A stretch of 48,792 nt of DNA, filler included, from Dimargaris cristalligena (lineage: Eukaryota), in assembly GCA_003614675.1 (NCBI GenBank). It is 2 parts of 2 records of this genome, joined end to end, with 100 filler letters (N's around TTAATTAATTAA, not from the genome) between each part and the next. Parts side by side here need not be neighbours in the genome. Positions count along the whole stretch, not along the records: positions 24,459 to 48,792 come from ML002591.1; 1 more part is not named here. One strand, given 5' to 3'. The notes below the pieces were generated by a model that saw only the letters and a program-made list of their open reading frames with translations, searched no databases and had not been told where the DNA came from. A program made the position numbers and the translations under genes. Of the stretch, positions 24,514-37,247 are shown piece by piece (the first letter of the stretch is position 1; each line of letters opens with the position of its first letter).

Positions 24514-24609
24514 CAATTGCATCCGTTCCCTTCACAACTCCTTGCTGATGATCCTAACTCCATATTTCTAATACTCGAATCGCCCACATTACTCCCGTGC
24601 TATCCCTAG

Positions 24610-26414
24610 TCCATGAAACCGTTGGTCTGATCGATGGTGGCACCTCGACTAAGATGACCGTCAATTACAATCTGGTAAGTATAGCAAATTCACCGAATTA
24701 GGCTAGGCGCCTCCTTCCAACAGCTCTCCAGAGCCATTCCATACTTCACTTGATCCCCGCATATTCCTCCAATACCCACTAACTCTTATTCCCCATCTAC
24801 AACTAAATACTCACACTTTATTACCATTGGATGAATGTCCATTAGTTTGGCGGTACATTGATCAAACTGGGTACTGAACGTCACCGTCACCTTATCCCCG
24901 AAGTGGATAGCCTGGAATCAACGGGCTGTTTTGGCTTAACCGAATTGGGCTACGGCAATAACGCCATTGAGATGGAGACCACCGCCACTTACGACCAGGC
25001 CACCCAAGAATTCATTATCCACAGTCCATCGACCAAAAGCCAGAAGTTCTGGATCACCAATGGTGCCATCCACGCCAAGTACTGCATCGTCTTTGCCCAG
25101 ACCCTTGTCGCTGGCAAGAACGAAGGCATCCACGCCTTCCTGGTCCCCATCCGGGACCGTGATCTGCGGGTATGTCCCGGGGTCACCATCCGTGACATGG
25201 GTCGTAAGCAGGACCTGGACGGGGTTGACAACGCCCTCCTGGCCTTCAACCACGTGCGTATACCCCGGGTCAATCTCCTCAACCGCCATTCCGAGGTCCA
25301 CCCGGACGGCAGTTTCACCTCAACCATTGAAGGTCGCCGCAACCGTTTCATTCGAGTGGCCGACCAACTGCTCAGTGGTCGTATTTGCATTGCTTCCATG
25401 ACCATGGCCTCTGCCAAGGGTGGCCTCACCGTAGCCCTGCGCTACGCGGCTACTCGCCAGACCGTCGGCCCTGCGGGTAAATCGAATGCGCCCATCCTGA
25501 GCTACCAGCTCCAGCAGCGGGCCTTGATCCCACTGTTGACCCGCTTGATTGCCCTCAACTTTGGCCTCAACCACACCAAGCGGGTCTGGATGAGCCCCGA
25601 ATCCGACCAGGCCGAGGTGGTGCGACTCTGCTGTGTCATCAAGCCTCTGATTACCTGGCATGTTGAGCGAGTGGGAACCATCTGCCGTGAGCGCTGTGGT
25701 GGTCAGGGCTACCTGCGCTGCTCTCGCCTATCCTCCGTCATCGGGTTTGGACACGCGGGTATCACTGCTGAAGGAGACAACTCCGTGCTGATGCAGAAGG
25801 TCGCCAAAGAACTGCTCAACGACGTTCAGCGCGGCAACTATAAACTTACACCGCCCGCCAATCGCAGTACCCCGCCCAGCGGTTGGAGCCTGGACAGCCT
25901 GGACAGCATGGTCGACTACAATCGCCTGCGTCTGATCGATCTGGTCCAAGAGTTGGGCAATAACCTGCGTACCAAAATGGCCGCTGGCCAGACCCTGTTT
26001 GACGTCTGGATGTACGAGGAATCTGATACCATTCAGGCCCTGTCCAAGACCTTCGGGGAACTAATCTCTTTGGAGCAAATGGTCAAGGCCGTTCGTAGCC
26101 CATCCCTCAGCGAGCCCACTCGGAAAGTCCTCCAGGATATTTGTTACCTGTATGCCCTTACTTTGATTGAGACCGACCTGGCTTGGTATACCTACCAGAG
26201 CTACATCACTCCCGCCAACGCCCGGACGGTGAGCCCCCGCGTTCGTCAGGGAGTTGCCCAACTGGCCCCGCAGGCCCTGCATATCGTGGAGGCGTTTGAT
26301 ATCCCTGATGAACTACTCGCGGCCCCCATCGCCCTGGACTGGGAGCGATTCAACGAGTATGACAACCAGGGCGAAATTGTAGTGACTGCTGAAAGCCTCC
26401 CGGCGAAGCTGTAG
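24610..26414 (+). CDS. ACOX: Peroxisomal acyl-CoA oxidase, exons 2-3 (24610-24674, 24846-26414)
   Basis: [34 protein letters not shown]; motifs [50 protein letters not shown]-terminal PTS1 AKL. Confidence 0.95.
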
Positions 26415-27820
26415 GCGGAGGGCTATCTAAATTATTTTATACTCTATATTTACTATTGTACCAAAGTGGTACCTGTCAATATCCATACTCGTATTGTTTG
26501 AACTTAATAAATCCGATCTATAGACACCCGTACAACTAAATAGTTACAATGGGCCCATTAGTTCCTTATTTAATGCGTCCATGAAGTGTTGCTGGTCCAA
26601 GGTAATAGGGCCATTGCCTCGGCTGATGAGGGAAAGCATGTCTGAGATAGCCTAGGCGTAGTAGACATATGCAGCAATTGTCAGTGATACCATATGTTCG
26701 TATCAATAAGGAGGGTTATGCACTGACGGAATAGATATGGGTAATGGCTATCATTAGAATTGCGCAATCTTAAGAACAAGATAAACTGGTATTGCACTCA
26801 ATAGGGGAGGTCCGGCCTTTTATGTCTATGGTTGTAGTTTGAATGTGAGCGGTGAAATAAGCAGGGCAATTCAAAAGCACAAATAATCCGAATCAGCTAA
26901 ATAATTGTTTGTTATTATGGTTTCCATGGATATATATAAAATCTTAATCCCATCAAGCGTCAAAACAATGTACTTCCGATAGAGACCGTGTCATTGTCAA
27001 TTATAAAAGAAAGATACCGAATTATTTACAGGATCGCAATATCACAGCCATCGAAGGCCAGATGGGAACTGACCAAAAACACTCTTTAGCAATCTCCCAC
27101 CCCGAAAAACCCCCAATAGCTAGTGTATTCCAAAACGGGGAAAATAAGGCATATAAAAGGTATAGCATTGCCTATTCCCAAACTGTCACCCATCCTACTA
27201 CTAAATCAGTCGTGTTGCTGTTGGTTGGTTCCAGAATAGTCCTAAGGCACCATGAAATGGGCTATAGGCCTCCAAAGTTCCGCATATCTCGGCCTGAGAG
27301 GAGAGCCATTGCCAGCCTGGCTATACTCGTAGGATTATTCCTAGCAAAACAATATTTCTTAGATCCAATGATATCCAAAATGGGACCCAATCATTATGAT
27401 ATGGCCATATTTTGGTAACTTGAAATATTTACCTTGGATATTTGGCATACACAATCTTAATCAACCGTCATAATCGACTATCAATAATAGTAATAATAAT
27501 AATGTATGGGTCTGGATCGTTTTCAAAATATGGCCGGTAATCCCAAATATTGCGCCACTTCCTTCTATTATGCATTCTTTTAAAAAAGTATCAACATCAG
27601 ATCGAATTGGTAGTGAACTTTTAACCAGAGGTCTAGAAAACCCGTTTTCATCTATCATTTTTCAAGATATAGCCAAACCAAGCACAACTAGGACACGTGA
27701 ACTATCGGTCTATAAGTCACTACATTGTTATCTAATCTGATTAAAACAGTTCGACTTTGGGGCGATTAGTATTATTATAATTGGACAAAAGCAATTGATA
27801 TATTAAACGGATAAACATAC

Positions 27821-28133
27821 CTGCAAAAATATTGAGGGGGTTACGCTCAAAGTCCAACACGGAGATGAAACCACCTTGGCCGACGGCCTGGAGACGCTTG
27901 AAGGCCAAGTCGCGCTCCTCCTCCAAAGTCACGTCGTAGCGGGGGGCGAACAAATCGTAGTTATCCAAGATAAAGCGCTTGAGCTTTTGACGGTTCTCTC
28001 GGTTATCGGGTTCTAGCAGCTGGCCCAACTCGGCCGAACTGAAGGAAGCCTTCGGAAGGTGAGCCTCAGCCACTTGGTAGGCTGAGTCCGAAGGGTTCTG
28101 GGCAAAGCGCTGCAGAGGAACGTCGGTCTTCAT
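27821..28133 (-). CDS. ACOX: Peroxisomal acyl-CoA oxidase, exon 1 (opposite strand from the rest of the gene)
   Basis: MKTDVPLQRF...LFAPRYDVTLEEERDLAFKRLQAVGQGGFISVLDFERNPLNIFA-G|GTATGT. The phase-1 end joins exon 2 (24610) in frame as IFAVHETVG; total ~648 aa. The start codon is the least certain part. Confidence 0.88.
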
Positions 28134-28936
28134 CTGAATGGTCGAGCAAATGCGAAGGAAGAGCGGGGAATAGACACAACTAGTAAGAAGGGAGAGAAAT
28201 AGTAGTTGCAATGGAAAGAGTGGGAGAGGGCTAGAGTGAAATGTACAAGGGTAGAGAAAGCTGAGAGACCAGAAGTAGGTGAGCGGTTGATAATGTATTT
28301 ATTACAGGTGAAAATGACCGCTCCCAGGGCCACAGCCAAAGCATATACTGTGGGTGGGATTGGCAGCTGAAAATTCGACAGGTCGTTTTTATATGCGCGG
28401 GGCGAGGAGAATACCACATGAATGGAGCAACTCAGTTGACATGCCGTATATATGTATGTAATAAGTTTCATGTGACCGGTGTTTCTCCTCTGGCTTATTG
28501 GAGGACCCACAGATGCCGCATATAAGGAACACCGCACACAGCGCAAATCACCACCACCTTGTATGCCCTCCCTCCCCGTCATGTGAAAAGGGGAGCGGTA
28601 CTCCTACGGAAATATTGAATGGCCACCAAAGAATATGGGGCACATCGCACCGCTTGGGGACTATTCCTATCCTTATAACCCCGCTGAGCGGATGAGCTAC
28701 CCTCTACCAGATTGAAACTAACCAGAAAATTCCCTAACAAAGAAAAGGGGGTGAGGAGAAGCTACAGTAATTTACAATTAATCATGAACGGGTGGTAGAG
28801 GCTAAGTAGAGGCGATCAATGGAAGCACAGGATAAATATACTAGTCGAGGTGTTGCTGTCTTTCAAAGGTATAGGGACCACTCGTTGACGGAATGAAAAA
28901 TAGCCGGCCAGGCAATATCACCATCTGTTATAATGG

Positions 28937-30173
28937 TCACTGGCTAGTCTCCGTGGCGTGTGGGGGCAAGTCCTTGGCCAGGAGTGCATTGGTCGGGAAG
29001 GCGAAGCAGTTTTGGGGTCGTAGAACCCCCCGGTACGCGGGTTCAGTGAGCGGGAGTTGCTCCATGGCCCGGTGCAGCTGGGCGGGGCTGGTCAAGGCAC
29101 CGGCTCCCACTTGGGATAGCATAGCCCCTAAATGGGCCTCCAATGCCTGTGCCGTCTGACACTCGGTGGCCGTGGGGTTTTTGTAGTGATCGGAACCCAA
29201 GCGGGCATTCTGGAGCGACTCGAGTTTCATTAATAACAAGGCACCCCGGTCCAGGTGTTCCGTGGCCCGATGGGGGGCTTCCACGGGGGATTGCTTCTCT
29301 GGGCCGCGTAGGACAGCGTCCACATCGATACCAAGCGAGGCCAAAAGATGCTTGTCCAACTCGACACCATCGGTCGATTGTGACTGGAGTTCGGGCTGGT
29401 ACTCCGCCATGAGAAACTCGATTTCATCAAAACTCAGCGTAGGCTCGTCCAGGGCCAACGGTGCCTCGACGGAAGGCTTAGATGCGGCTGGGGGTAGAAC
29501 GGGATCGACATTCACCTCCACCGGTCCGAGTAGAGCGTCTTGCGTGTCGTAGGTTGGGAAGCAAGAGCCGTAAATGCCGTATTTGGTAGTGCGGGCTATA
29601 TCTATGATCAGGTGGTGGATTGGATTAACAGAGGTTTATTAAGGTTGGTCGTTTAGCACAGCGATGTGCTCGTTAAGGGCCATTCTAAGTCTAGTAGCCA
29701 GTTGACTTTTACGAAGTCGGGATGGGCTAGAAGTAGAGACCAGGGCTCCCGAATTCTTCCACCTGGTCTGGGACCAGGTTAACTAAAAACCCTTCACCAT
29801 GCGACGCGTAACTCCAAAGCTTACTAGAATACCCCCCCCCTACCATCAACAGCGTGGCTCCCTCCCCCCTTTACCATTACCATTGGCATGGCTACTTACC
29901 GATTTTTTCGGTTGGTTGACTACCCGGATGTACCTGAACGGGCTTGAGTCGACTGAAGGGGTCGACGGAATCCAGGCTCGGCACGGTAGCAGGCTCCATG
30001 GGCGCGGCCGGATAGACCGCCAGCGTGCTAATCCCATCCGCCAAAGGAAGCTGCTGACCGGCCTTCAAGTCAATGGCATCAGTGAAAAGGTAGCCCATGG
30101 GGCCCGGACGCATGAGCGCCACCTTTCGCGTTGGACCCGATTTAGCTGGCGGAGTAGCAGTGGGTGTGGCCAT
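28937..30173 (-). CDS. Rsc58 / BRD7-BRD9 C-terminal (DUF3512)-like chromatin-remodelling subunit, no bromodomain, ~312 aa
   Basis: Exons 30173-29900 and 29601-28937 (phase 1). YGIYGSCFPTYDTQDALL resembles the YGPFSSFAPxYDS motif; LDRGALLLMKLESLQNARL...PTATECQTAQALEAHLGAMLSQVGAGALTSPAQLHRAM resembles recalled BRD7 LDETTRLLRELQEAQNERL...EMHLAEQVTNNLKELAQQVTPGDIVSTYGVRKAM. Confidence 0.7.
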
Positions 30174-31432
30174 TGTGAGAATTAAGTGGGTGGCAGAGGA
30201 AAGATGAGGGTTAAGGAGAATAATAAAAAAGCAAGCTTGAGTATGGTCTAGGCTAGGCCAATCTAGTAAAAGACTAACAAAAGGGTAATGGGACGACGGC
30301 AAAAGTTAAGGTGAACCGTAATAGTGTTTTAACAACAATGGGTTTGTGGAGCTAGCTCCTTCACTGTCTCCACTTGCGCCGCCTTGGAAGAAACCTATTA
30401 GCCGGACTGGGAAGAACACCAACGTGGGAGGGGGGCGGTATTACAGCTACTGATTTCAGGGTCTAATTAACCACATTGCTATTACTCCCAGCGAAGAGGC
30501 GGTTTCATGTAGGGATGATGGGTCAAGATATATTTTCATATTAATCTCCCCCCAGTACACTAAACAAGCTAAAGTAACCTTACTACCCTTATTATTTACA
30601 TGAAAAAGACACCAGCATAGGGAGTTTTTCTGGGAACATTAACTCATATACACGGGCTAGCTCATATTTTGTTCAATGGTCATTATCATACGTCGGATAG
30701 TTGGTGATTGTACTTATTATATTTTTAGCATACCTCCAAAGAGAAGTAAGGCATAAGAAATATATATTCGTATTAGAGAAGGTTTAACCTAGTTGTATAA
30801 CTAAAGGTCGCTTGAACAGGTAGGGCTGTAATGTAGCAAAATGTACGCTCTATCCTCGTCCCCAGCTTATTTACATTCAAGTTTGAGTGTGACAGTCAAG
30901 TAGCTCTCATAAATATGGTATTAAGGTAAATAAAATAGTTCAAACCCATGAGTCCATTACACCACCACGGCATTGAATTTCCTATATATGCCTTTATCCG
31001 TTCTAGATAAACTTTATTGATATAAATAAATCCTCATAATGTCCGGAAGTGTGTATATCGGTGAGGGAAAGGTCTAGGACCACAAGGCTTCGTCCCAATG
31101 GGGCACATAGCTTCCCCGTGGGGTCGGGTGGGCAGAAGGGAAAAAATTAGGCATACTAGAAAAACTCCTGTCGGGTTTGGGTCTCTAGTGTTGTGGTTGC
31201 GGGCTATCATGTTGGGTTGTCGATGATGTGGTGGCTTGTGTTTGTGGGGGGCGGGGCATAAGCGGTGGTGGTATCGGTGATTGGGGAGTCATCATAGATG
31301 TTCGCCATTCTCTTAGGGCGAGGCCTGTGGGTCGGGTTCCGGTTTGGGGGTGGCGGTGGGGTGCGCGAGCCAGACCATCTATACTATCCAGCTAAGATGC
31401 AAACCACCAAATCAAAAAATTGAAAAAATAAA

Positions 31433-31505
31433 GGGCTCGACCGGGATTCGAACCCGGGCCACGTGCACCCAAAGCACGTATGTTAAACCTCTACACTATC
31501 GAGCC
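31433..31505 (-). tRNA. tRNA-Pro (anticodon TGG), intronless
   Basis: GGCTCGA acceptor stem pairs with TCGAGCC; anticodon arm CGTGC-TTTGGGT-GCACG; T-arm CCGGG-TTCGAAT-CCCGG; downstream T-rich terminator. Confidence 0.95.
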
Positions 31506-33646
31506 ACCAATAAAATAATCAGTTTTTGGTAATCTATTTTCTAAAGATATTTTACTGGGATTCTAGTGGAACTCGCTAGAACACTCAAGATACACTGAGC
31601 CGGTAAGAATTTCGGTTTGTAGTGCAAATGGGAAGTCCTGAATTGATTACCCTTAATCCACTTGGGCTAAAGTTTAATTCTAAAAACAAATTGGGGTAGA
31701 TATATGGATCAACCGAAACCCTTCCAAAAACGTGATATTCACTTAAGTGTCCTGGAAATCCACAATTCGCTTTACAACTATTTATAAACAACCGTGGGGA
31801 GGGCTGTATTTAACTGATTCTTAATCTTCCCATCGGACGGGCGTACCTAGTCATATATTGATTGGTATCATTGGAACCCATGCTAATATATGATATTATT
31901 ATATTAAGCTGTTGCGATATTTAGCCAATATGAATATATCTAAACGAGTTCATTATTTTAACCAGCCGTTTCGGACAATCTTTTTCGTAGCTGTTGGCCA
32001 ACTCTGGCCTTTAACCCTCGCATTTTCAAAAAAATATGGACACCATACGTTTTGTTCGATTATCAAGAGCTCTGTAGTTCGCGGGCACGTCTTGTTTAGA
32101 GATTTTTCTGGCAAAGCGATTACATGTATTAGCTACGTTTTATCGAAGCTACTCCCCTGGCCAGGATATCCCCGGCTCTATAGATGCAGGGTCTCAGATT
32201 AGCATCACTTGCCATATCTACCTGAAAAGTCTGGTGTGTCAATCTGTACGTCAGCGAAGTATAGGTTACTTAATTTTGAACAGCACCATCAACCAGCACT
32301 TGGAATAGCCTAAGGCAGTGTAATGTGGTCCACTTTCACGGTGGCATAGGTCTTATTGGCAGCTACTGGCTTGATTGTTTTTGGAAACATTCCTACTGTC
32401 TGTTCTGTTAACTTTACACCCAAATCATTATTGTTATAGCGTGCAAGATATATATACTCAGCTATGCGTATATATCCGGTGCTGTTCCAGGCTGATAATG
32501 ATGTCAGGGTAATTGTCGGTAGATAATAAGTATATAAATATTAGAAAATAGTTCCTGACAGATTAATGTCGAGGAAGTGTGGTTTATGCATGGTATATTG
32601 CATTTGCATCATCCAATTTACTTGGACTGGAGTGCAGAATTTCCATGAGTACGTAGGTGCATTGGTTATGCTATGGCACGGGCCCTATATATATAAAACT
32701 AGTTTCTGACTCATTCTATTAAATCTCAGGGAACATACTCTTAACAGTTAACTCTGTCTCCTGGCTAAACCACAGTAGTTAAAACGTTTGTCTACTTTTA
32801 GTGTTGCTCCAGAATCTAACCAAACACCTGTTGTGGCGGATGGGTGTCAGATTACCCGACTGCTTACGGGAAGTGGCTTTGGTGGCCCGCTGGACGCCTT
32901 GCCGGTCAACCCGGATACAGCAAATGGGGCCATATCAACAGGGTGGTGGATTTGTAAACGACCCAAGCGCATCTACAGTGCCAGATGGCGGTCTCAGGCT
33001 AAGGCCGGGAATCGCATCGACTGGGTTGGTGCTTCCTAGCACTTTGGGACATTGCTTACATTGGGCATTTCAGGCCAACTTGCCACCCGGGGTTGATTAA
33101 CAGCTACGCCCTGCTCAGTTGAACGCTTAGCCAAACGGAATGGTTTCAAGCGGAATGTCGAGGGGCGGGACTCCGCCAGTGATTGCAGGGTCCCTGGTGT
33201 TTATCACACTGCCCACCCTCCCCTTTGATGAATAGGGAGGGTCGGGAATGCTCTCGACCATTATGTGATAAAGAAACGCCCATGTCCGGTTTTTGGCTAG
33301 TGGTGTTGAAGGGTTAGGGTGCCGCTGAATGGTTAGCCTATGGTGGAGTATTGATCGGGCTTTCATCTCAAAGACCCACTCTCTCTCTCTCTCTCTCGCA
33401 CTTGCTTTTTATTCGATGAATATTGGCAAAGGTATACTATACACTAGTCATCGGCCGGGATATTCTAGGAAGCGGGTCAATTATCGCGATTTACTCCATG
33501 CGAACCAACAGACCACCAACTCTAAGCAATAACACGGGATTGTTGGAGAGGGAGGGCCCATCCTTTCCTTTGTTTGTGGGAGAGCGCAACGAGTAGTGAG
33601 GATGTTCGCTCGCTGGTCAAAGGATTTTAGCCTGGTCCATAAATTA

Positions 33647-33665
33647 CCAATCACTGTCTGCCACC
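33647..33665 (+). promoter_or_regulatory. ERSE-like element 1 (CCAAT-N9-CCACC) upstream of BiP
   Basis: CCAAT cactgtctg CCACC; ERSE consensus is CCAAT-N9-CCACG. Confidence 0.55.
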
Positions 33666-33733
33666 CACATCCCCACGGATGGAAAGAGGGACTACAGTGG
33701 AAATGGGAGTGCTAAGCAAGTAAGGGTGCAGGA

Positions 33734-33752
33734 TGTGGTTGCCTGTCATTGG
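33734..33752 (-). promoter_or_regulatory. ERSE-like element 2 (CCAAT-N9-CCACA) upstream of BiP
   Basis: - strand reads CCAAT gacaggcaa CCACA; exact 9-nt spacing. Confidence 0.6.
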
Positions 33753-33899
33753 CTAATAATTAATTATCAGCGAGATAAGTAGGAGGTACCCGCGCTAATA
33801 AGCGAGTGACAGCGGAACCCCTTTTCCTTATGGGTAGGTTAGGTTGCGGAGCCCTAACGAGGGTGTTGCCTTCGCTGTAATGATCGGACGGGGCGCTGG

Positions 33900-33906
33900 T
33901 ATAAAA
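33900..33906 (+). promoter_or_regulatory. TATA box of the BiP gene
   Basis: TATAAAA ~175 bp upstream of the ATG at 34078, followed by a pyrimidine-rich leader. Confidence 0.6.
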
Positions 33907-34077
33907 CTACCGTCCAGGGCCGTTTCCCTGAGGTTGCATCGTTCGTGTTTTCCTGTACTTTATCCGCATAACATTCCTTTCCCAGTACATATCTATCTAC
34001 ATATCCGGCCCAGTTAAGCCCTTTGCTTTACATCTCCTTCGTTTTATACTTCCCCCCTCATCTACTTTTTACCCAAT

Positions 34078-36397
34078 ATGCGGTTCGGCTCCTACTTCAC
34101 CAAGGCCACCATGGCCCTCACCATCTTCGGTCTGACCTCCTTGGTCATGGCCGATAAGCCCGCTAATGACAAAGAAGCCTACGGTACCGGTAAGTATTCC
34201 CCCCTTCCCTAGCCCATCTACCCAAGGCTGCTTCTCATCTGCGCATCTAGCCTGCCCACGTACCGCCGCCGCGCTTTTGGCGGGATGGAAACCCTCCTGG
34301 GTGTTGGCGTTCTCTTCTTAGACTGTGGACGATTTGTCCTGCTTCTTGAAAAAGAGATGGGTCCCTCCGCTGGCTGCCCACTCATCCGCTGCTTAAAGCT
34401 GAGAGTACCTTCCCTCTTCCTCGCCTCCACCCGTGTCCAGTTACTAATCCGGCCCCCCTGTTTATCACCACTATGATTTTCTCTGGATAATCCCTCTCCA
34501 ATCAGTCATCGGTATCGATCTGGGTACCACCTACTCTTGCGTGGGTGTCCACAAGGGTGGACAGGTCGAAATTATTGCCAATGACCAAGGTAACCGCATC
34601 ATGCCCTCGTATGTCAGTTTCACCGACTCTGAGCGTTTGATTGGTGAGGCCGCCAAGAATTTGATCGCCTCCAACCCCAAGAACACCGTTTTCGACGCCA
34701 AGCGTCTGATCGGTCACCGCTTCAAGGACCCCGAAGTCCAAGCCGACATGAAGCACTGGCCCTTTGACGTGATCAACAAGGATGGCAAGCCCGTCGTTCA
34801 GGTGGAGGTCAAGGGCGAAAAGAAGCAATTCACCCCCGAGGAAATCTCCGCCATGGTGCTCGGTAAGATGAGGGATACCGCCGAGGCCTACCTGGGTGTG
34901 AAGGTCACCCACGCCGTGGTCACCGTGCCTGCCTACTTCAACGACGCCCAGCGTCAGGCCACCAAGGATGCTGGTACCATTGCCGGTCTTAATGTGCTCC
35001 GTATCATCAATGAGCCCACCGCCGCTGCCATTGCCTACGGTCTGGACAAGAAGGGTGGTGAACGTCACATTCTCGTTTTCGATCTGGGTGGTGGTACCTT
35101 CGATGTGTCCCTCCTCTCCATCGACGATGGTGTGTTCGAGGTTCTGGCCACTGCTGGTGACACCCATCTGGGTGGTGAAGATTTCGATAACCGTCTCATC
35201 AAGTACTTCAGCAAGATCTGGAACAAGAAGACTGGTAAGAAGGTCGGTGAGAACCTCAAGTCCCTCGGTAAGTTGAAGCGCGAGGTTGAAAAGGCCAAGC
35301 GTACTCTGTCCTCGGCCGACTCCGTCCGTGTCGAAATCGAATCCTTCCAGGACGGTGAGGACTTCTCCGAGACCCTAACCCGGGCCAAGTTCGAGGACAT
35401 CAACAACGATCTCTTCCGCAAGACCCTGCAGCCCGTCAAGCAGGTCATCAAGGACTCCGGTCTCAAGAAGGAGGAAGTCAACGACATTGTGCTGGTCGGT
35501 GGTTCCACTCGTATCCCCAAGGTCGTCGAGCTTATCGAATCCTTCTTCGGTAAGAAGGCCTCCAAGGGCATCAACCCCGACGAAGCCGTCGCCTACGGTG
35601 CCGCCGTCCAGGGTGGTATCCTGACTGGTGAAGAGAACACCCAGGGCCTGCTTCTGCTCGACGTCAACCCCCTGACCCTCGGTATTGAAACCACCGGTGG
35701 TGTGATGGCCAAGCTGATCAAGCGTAACTCCGTGGTCCCCACCAAGAAGTCCCAGATCTTCTCCACTGCTGCCGACAACCAGCCCATCGTCCTCATCCAG
35801 GTCTACGAAGGTGAACGTGCCATGACCAAGGACAACAACATGCTTGGCAAGTTCGAACTGACCAGCATCCCCCCCGCTCCCCGTGGTGTCCCCCAGATTG
35901 AAGTGACCTTCGAAATCGACGTTGACGGTATCCTGAAGGTGTCCGCCGCCGATAAGGGAACCGGCAAGTCTGAGTCCATCACCATCACCAACAACAAGGG
36001 CCGTCTGTCCGAGGAAGATATCGAGCGCATGGTCCAGGAGGCCGAGCAGTACGCCGATGAGGACCGTCTGTTCAAGGAGCGCATCGAGGCCCAGAACGGT
36101 TTCGAAGCCTACATCTACTCCATCAAGAACCAGGTCACCGACAAGGACGGTCTGGGTGGTAAGATCGAGGAAGAGGAGAAGAAGACCATCCTGGACGCCA
36201 TCAAGGAGAAGACCGAATGGCTCGCCGACAACGTCGCCACCGCCACCAAGGACGATATTGACGAACAGAAGAGCGAGCTGGAGGCTATTGTCAGCCCCAT
36301 CGTCAGCAAGCTCTACGGCGAAAGCGGTGCCGGTGCTGGCCCCGCTGCCGATGACGACGAGGAGGACTTCGGTGCCCGCGACCACGACGAACTTTAA
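34078..36397 (+). CDS. KAR2: ER Hsp70 chaperone BiP/Kar2 (exons 34078-34189, 34506-36397; ~667 aa)
   Basis: Exon 1 encodes signal peptide [25 protein letters not shown]; spliced sequence [16 protein letters not shown]; Hsp70 motifs TVPAYFND and [11 protein letters not shown]-terminal HDEL; strong C-ending codon bias. Confidence 0.98.
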
Positions 36398-37247
36398 GTC
36401 GAATAGATGGTATTACCACCCTGCCCAACTGTCGCTGGTCTATTTATCTCAAGAATTCTTTTTGTTCCATGGGACTCCACATCTCCCACCACCACCACCC
36501 ATTACTTTTACTTTAGGCCCTCTTACTCTCTATGATTCGCCTTAACCCACGTACGATCTTGTGTTGCATCTGACTAAAAAAATAAACATATATATACAAA
36601 TATGTACGAGAAGCGCATTGCTGCTTAAACCAACATTACAATGGTACCACTATGAAGGAAAGAGCCAGTGGGTTATCTGGGTTTGACTAGTGCCATTCGG
36701 AATAGCACATGGGCGAATCTCAATACAACCGTATAAGAGGATTGGATGAAATACCAACTAGACTAAGTTGGTGGACAATGAACTTTTAACTTGTAATACC
36801 TATTTTATGAGGCGAATTTTCCGCTATACAGCCGGACATTTAACCCCTCACACACAGTAGTTTTTTTTAATGGCTGGTAACGCCAACTTCATGCGCGTGG
36901 TTCACACCCCTTGGATTGAGCAATACTAAGGGAGCTATTCAGTATTACGATTCAGGACCGATATAATGGTCACAAATTGCCTTTCCCCTGATTATATCAC
37001 TACACTTTTTCATATTGCTTAATATTCATTTATTGTTAGCTCGTTTCCTTTGAAGTTATCCGGCTCTTCAATGTCGTATACTATATTACATCACCTTTCG
37101 ATGCAACGACACAAGTGCAGACCCCTGTCTTGTATGACTATTATAAAAAAAGTACACATTTATTTTAATCCACCACCGCCCCGACTATCTGTCGTTCCTG
37201 TGGTTTTAAAATGTAACCCCTACACTATTTTTGAGGCCCAATGTTTA

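Noticed and set aside
33808-33816. GACAGCGG near-match to the yeast UPRE core (GACAGCGTG) upstream of BiP
   Set aside because: Mismatch in the critical core; too short to support alone.
34502-36385. Long antisense ORFs (221 and 336 aa) opposite BiP
   Set aside because: Known shadow of Hsp70 codon bias (the so-called antisense NAD-GDH ORFs); broken by stops; no independent support.
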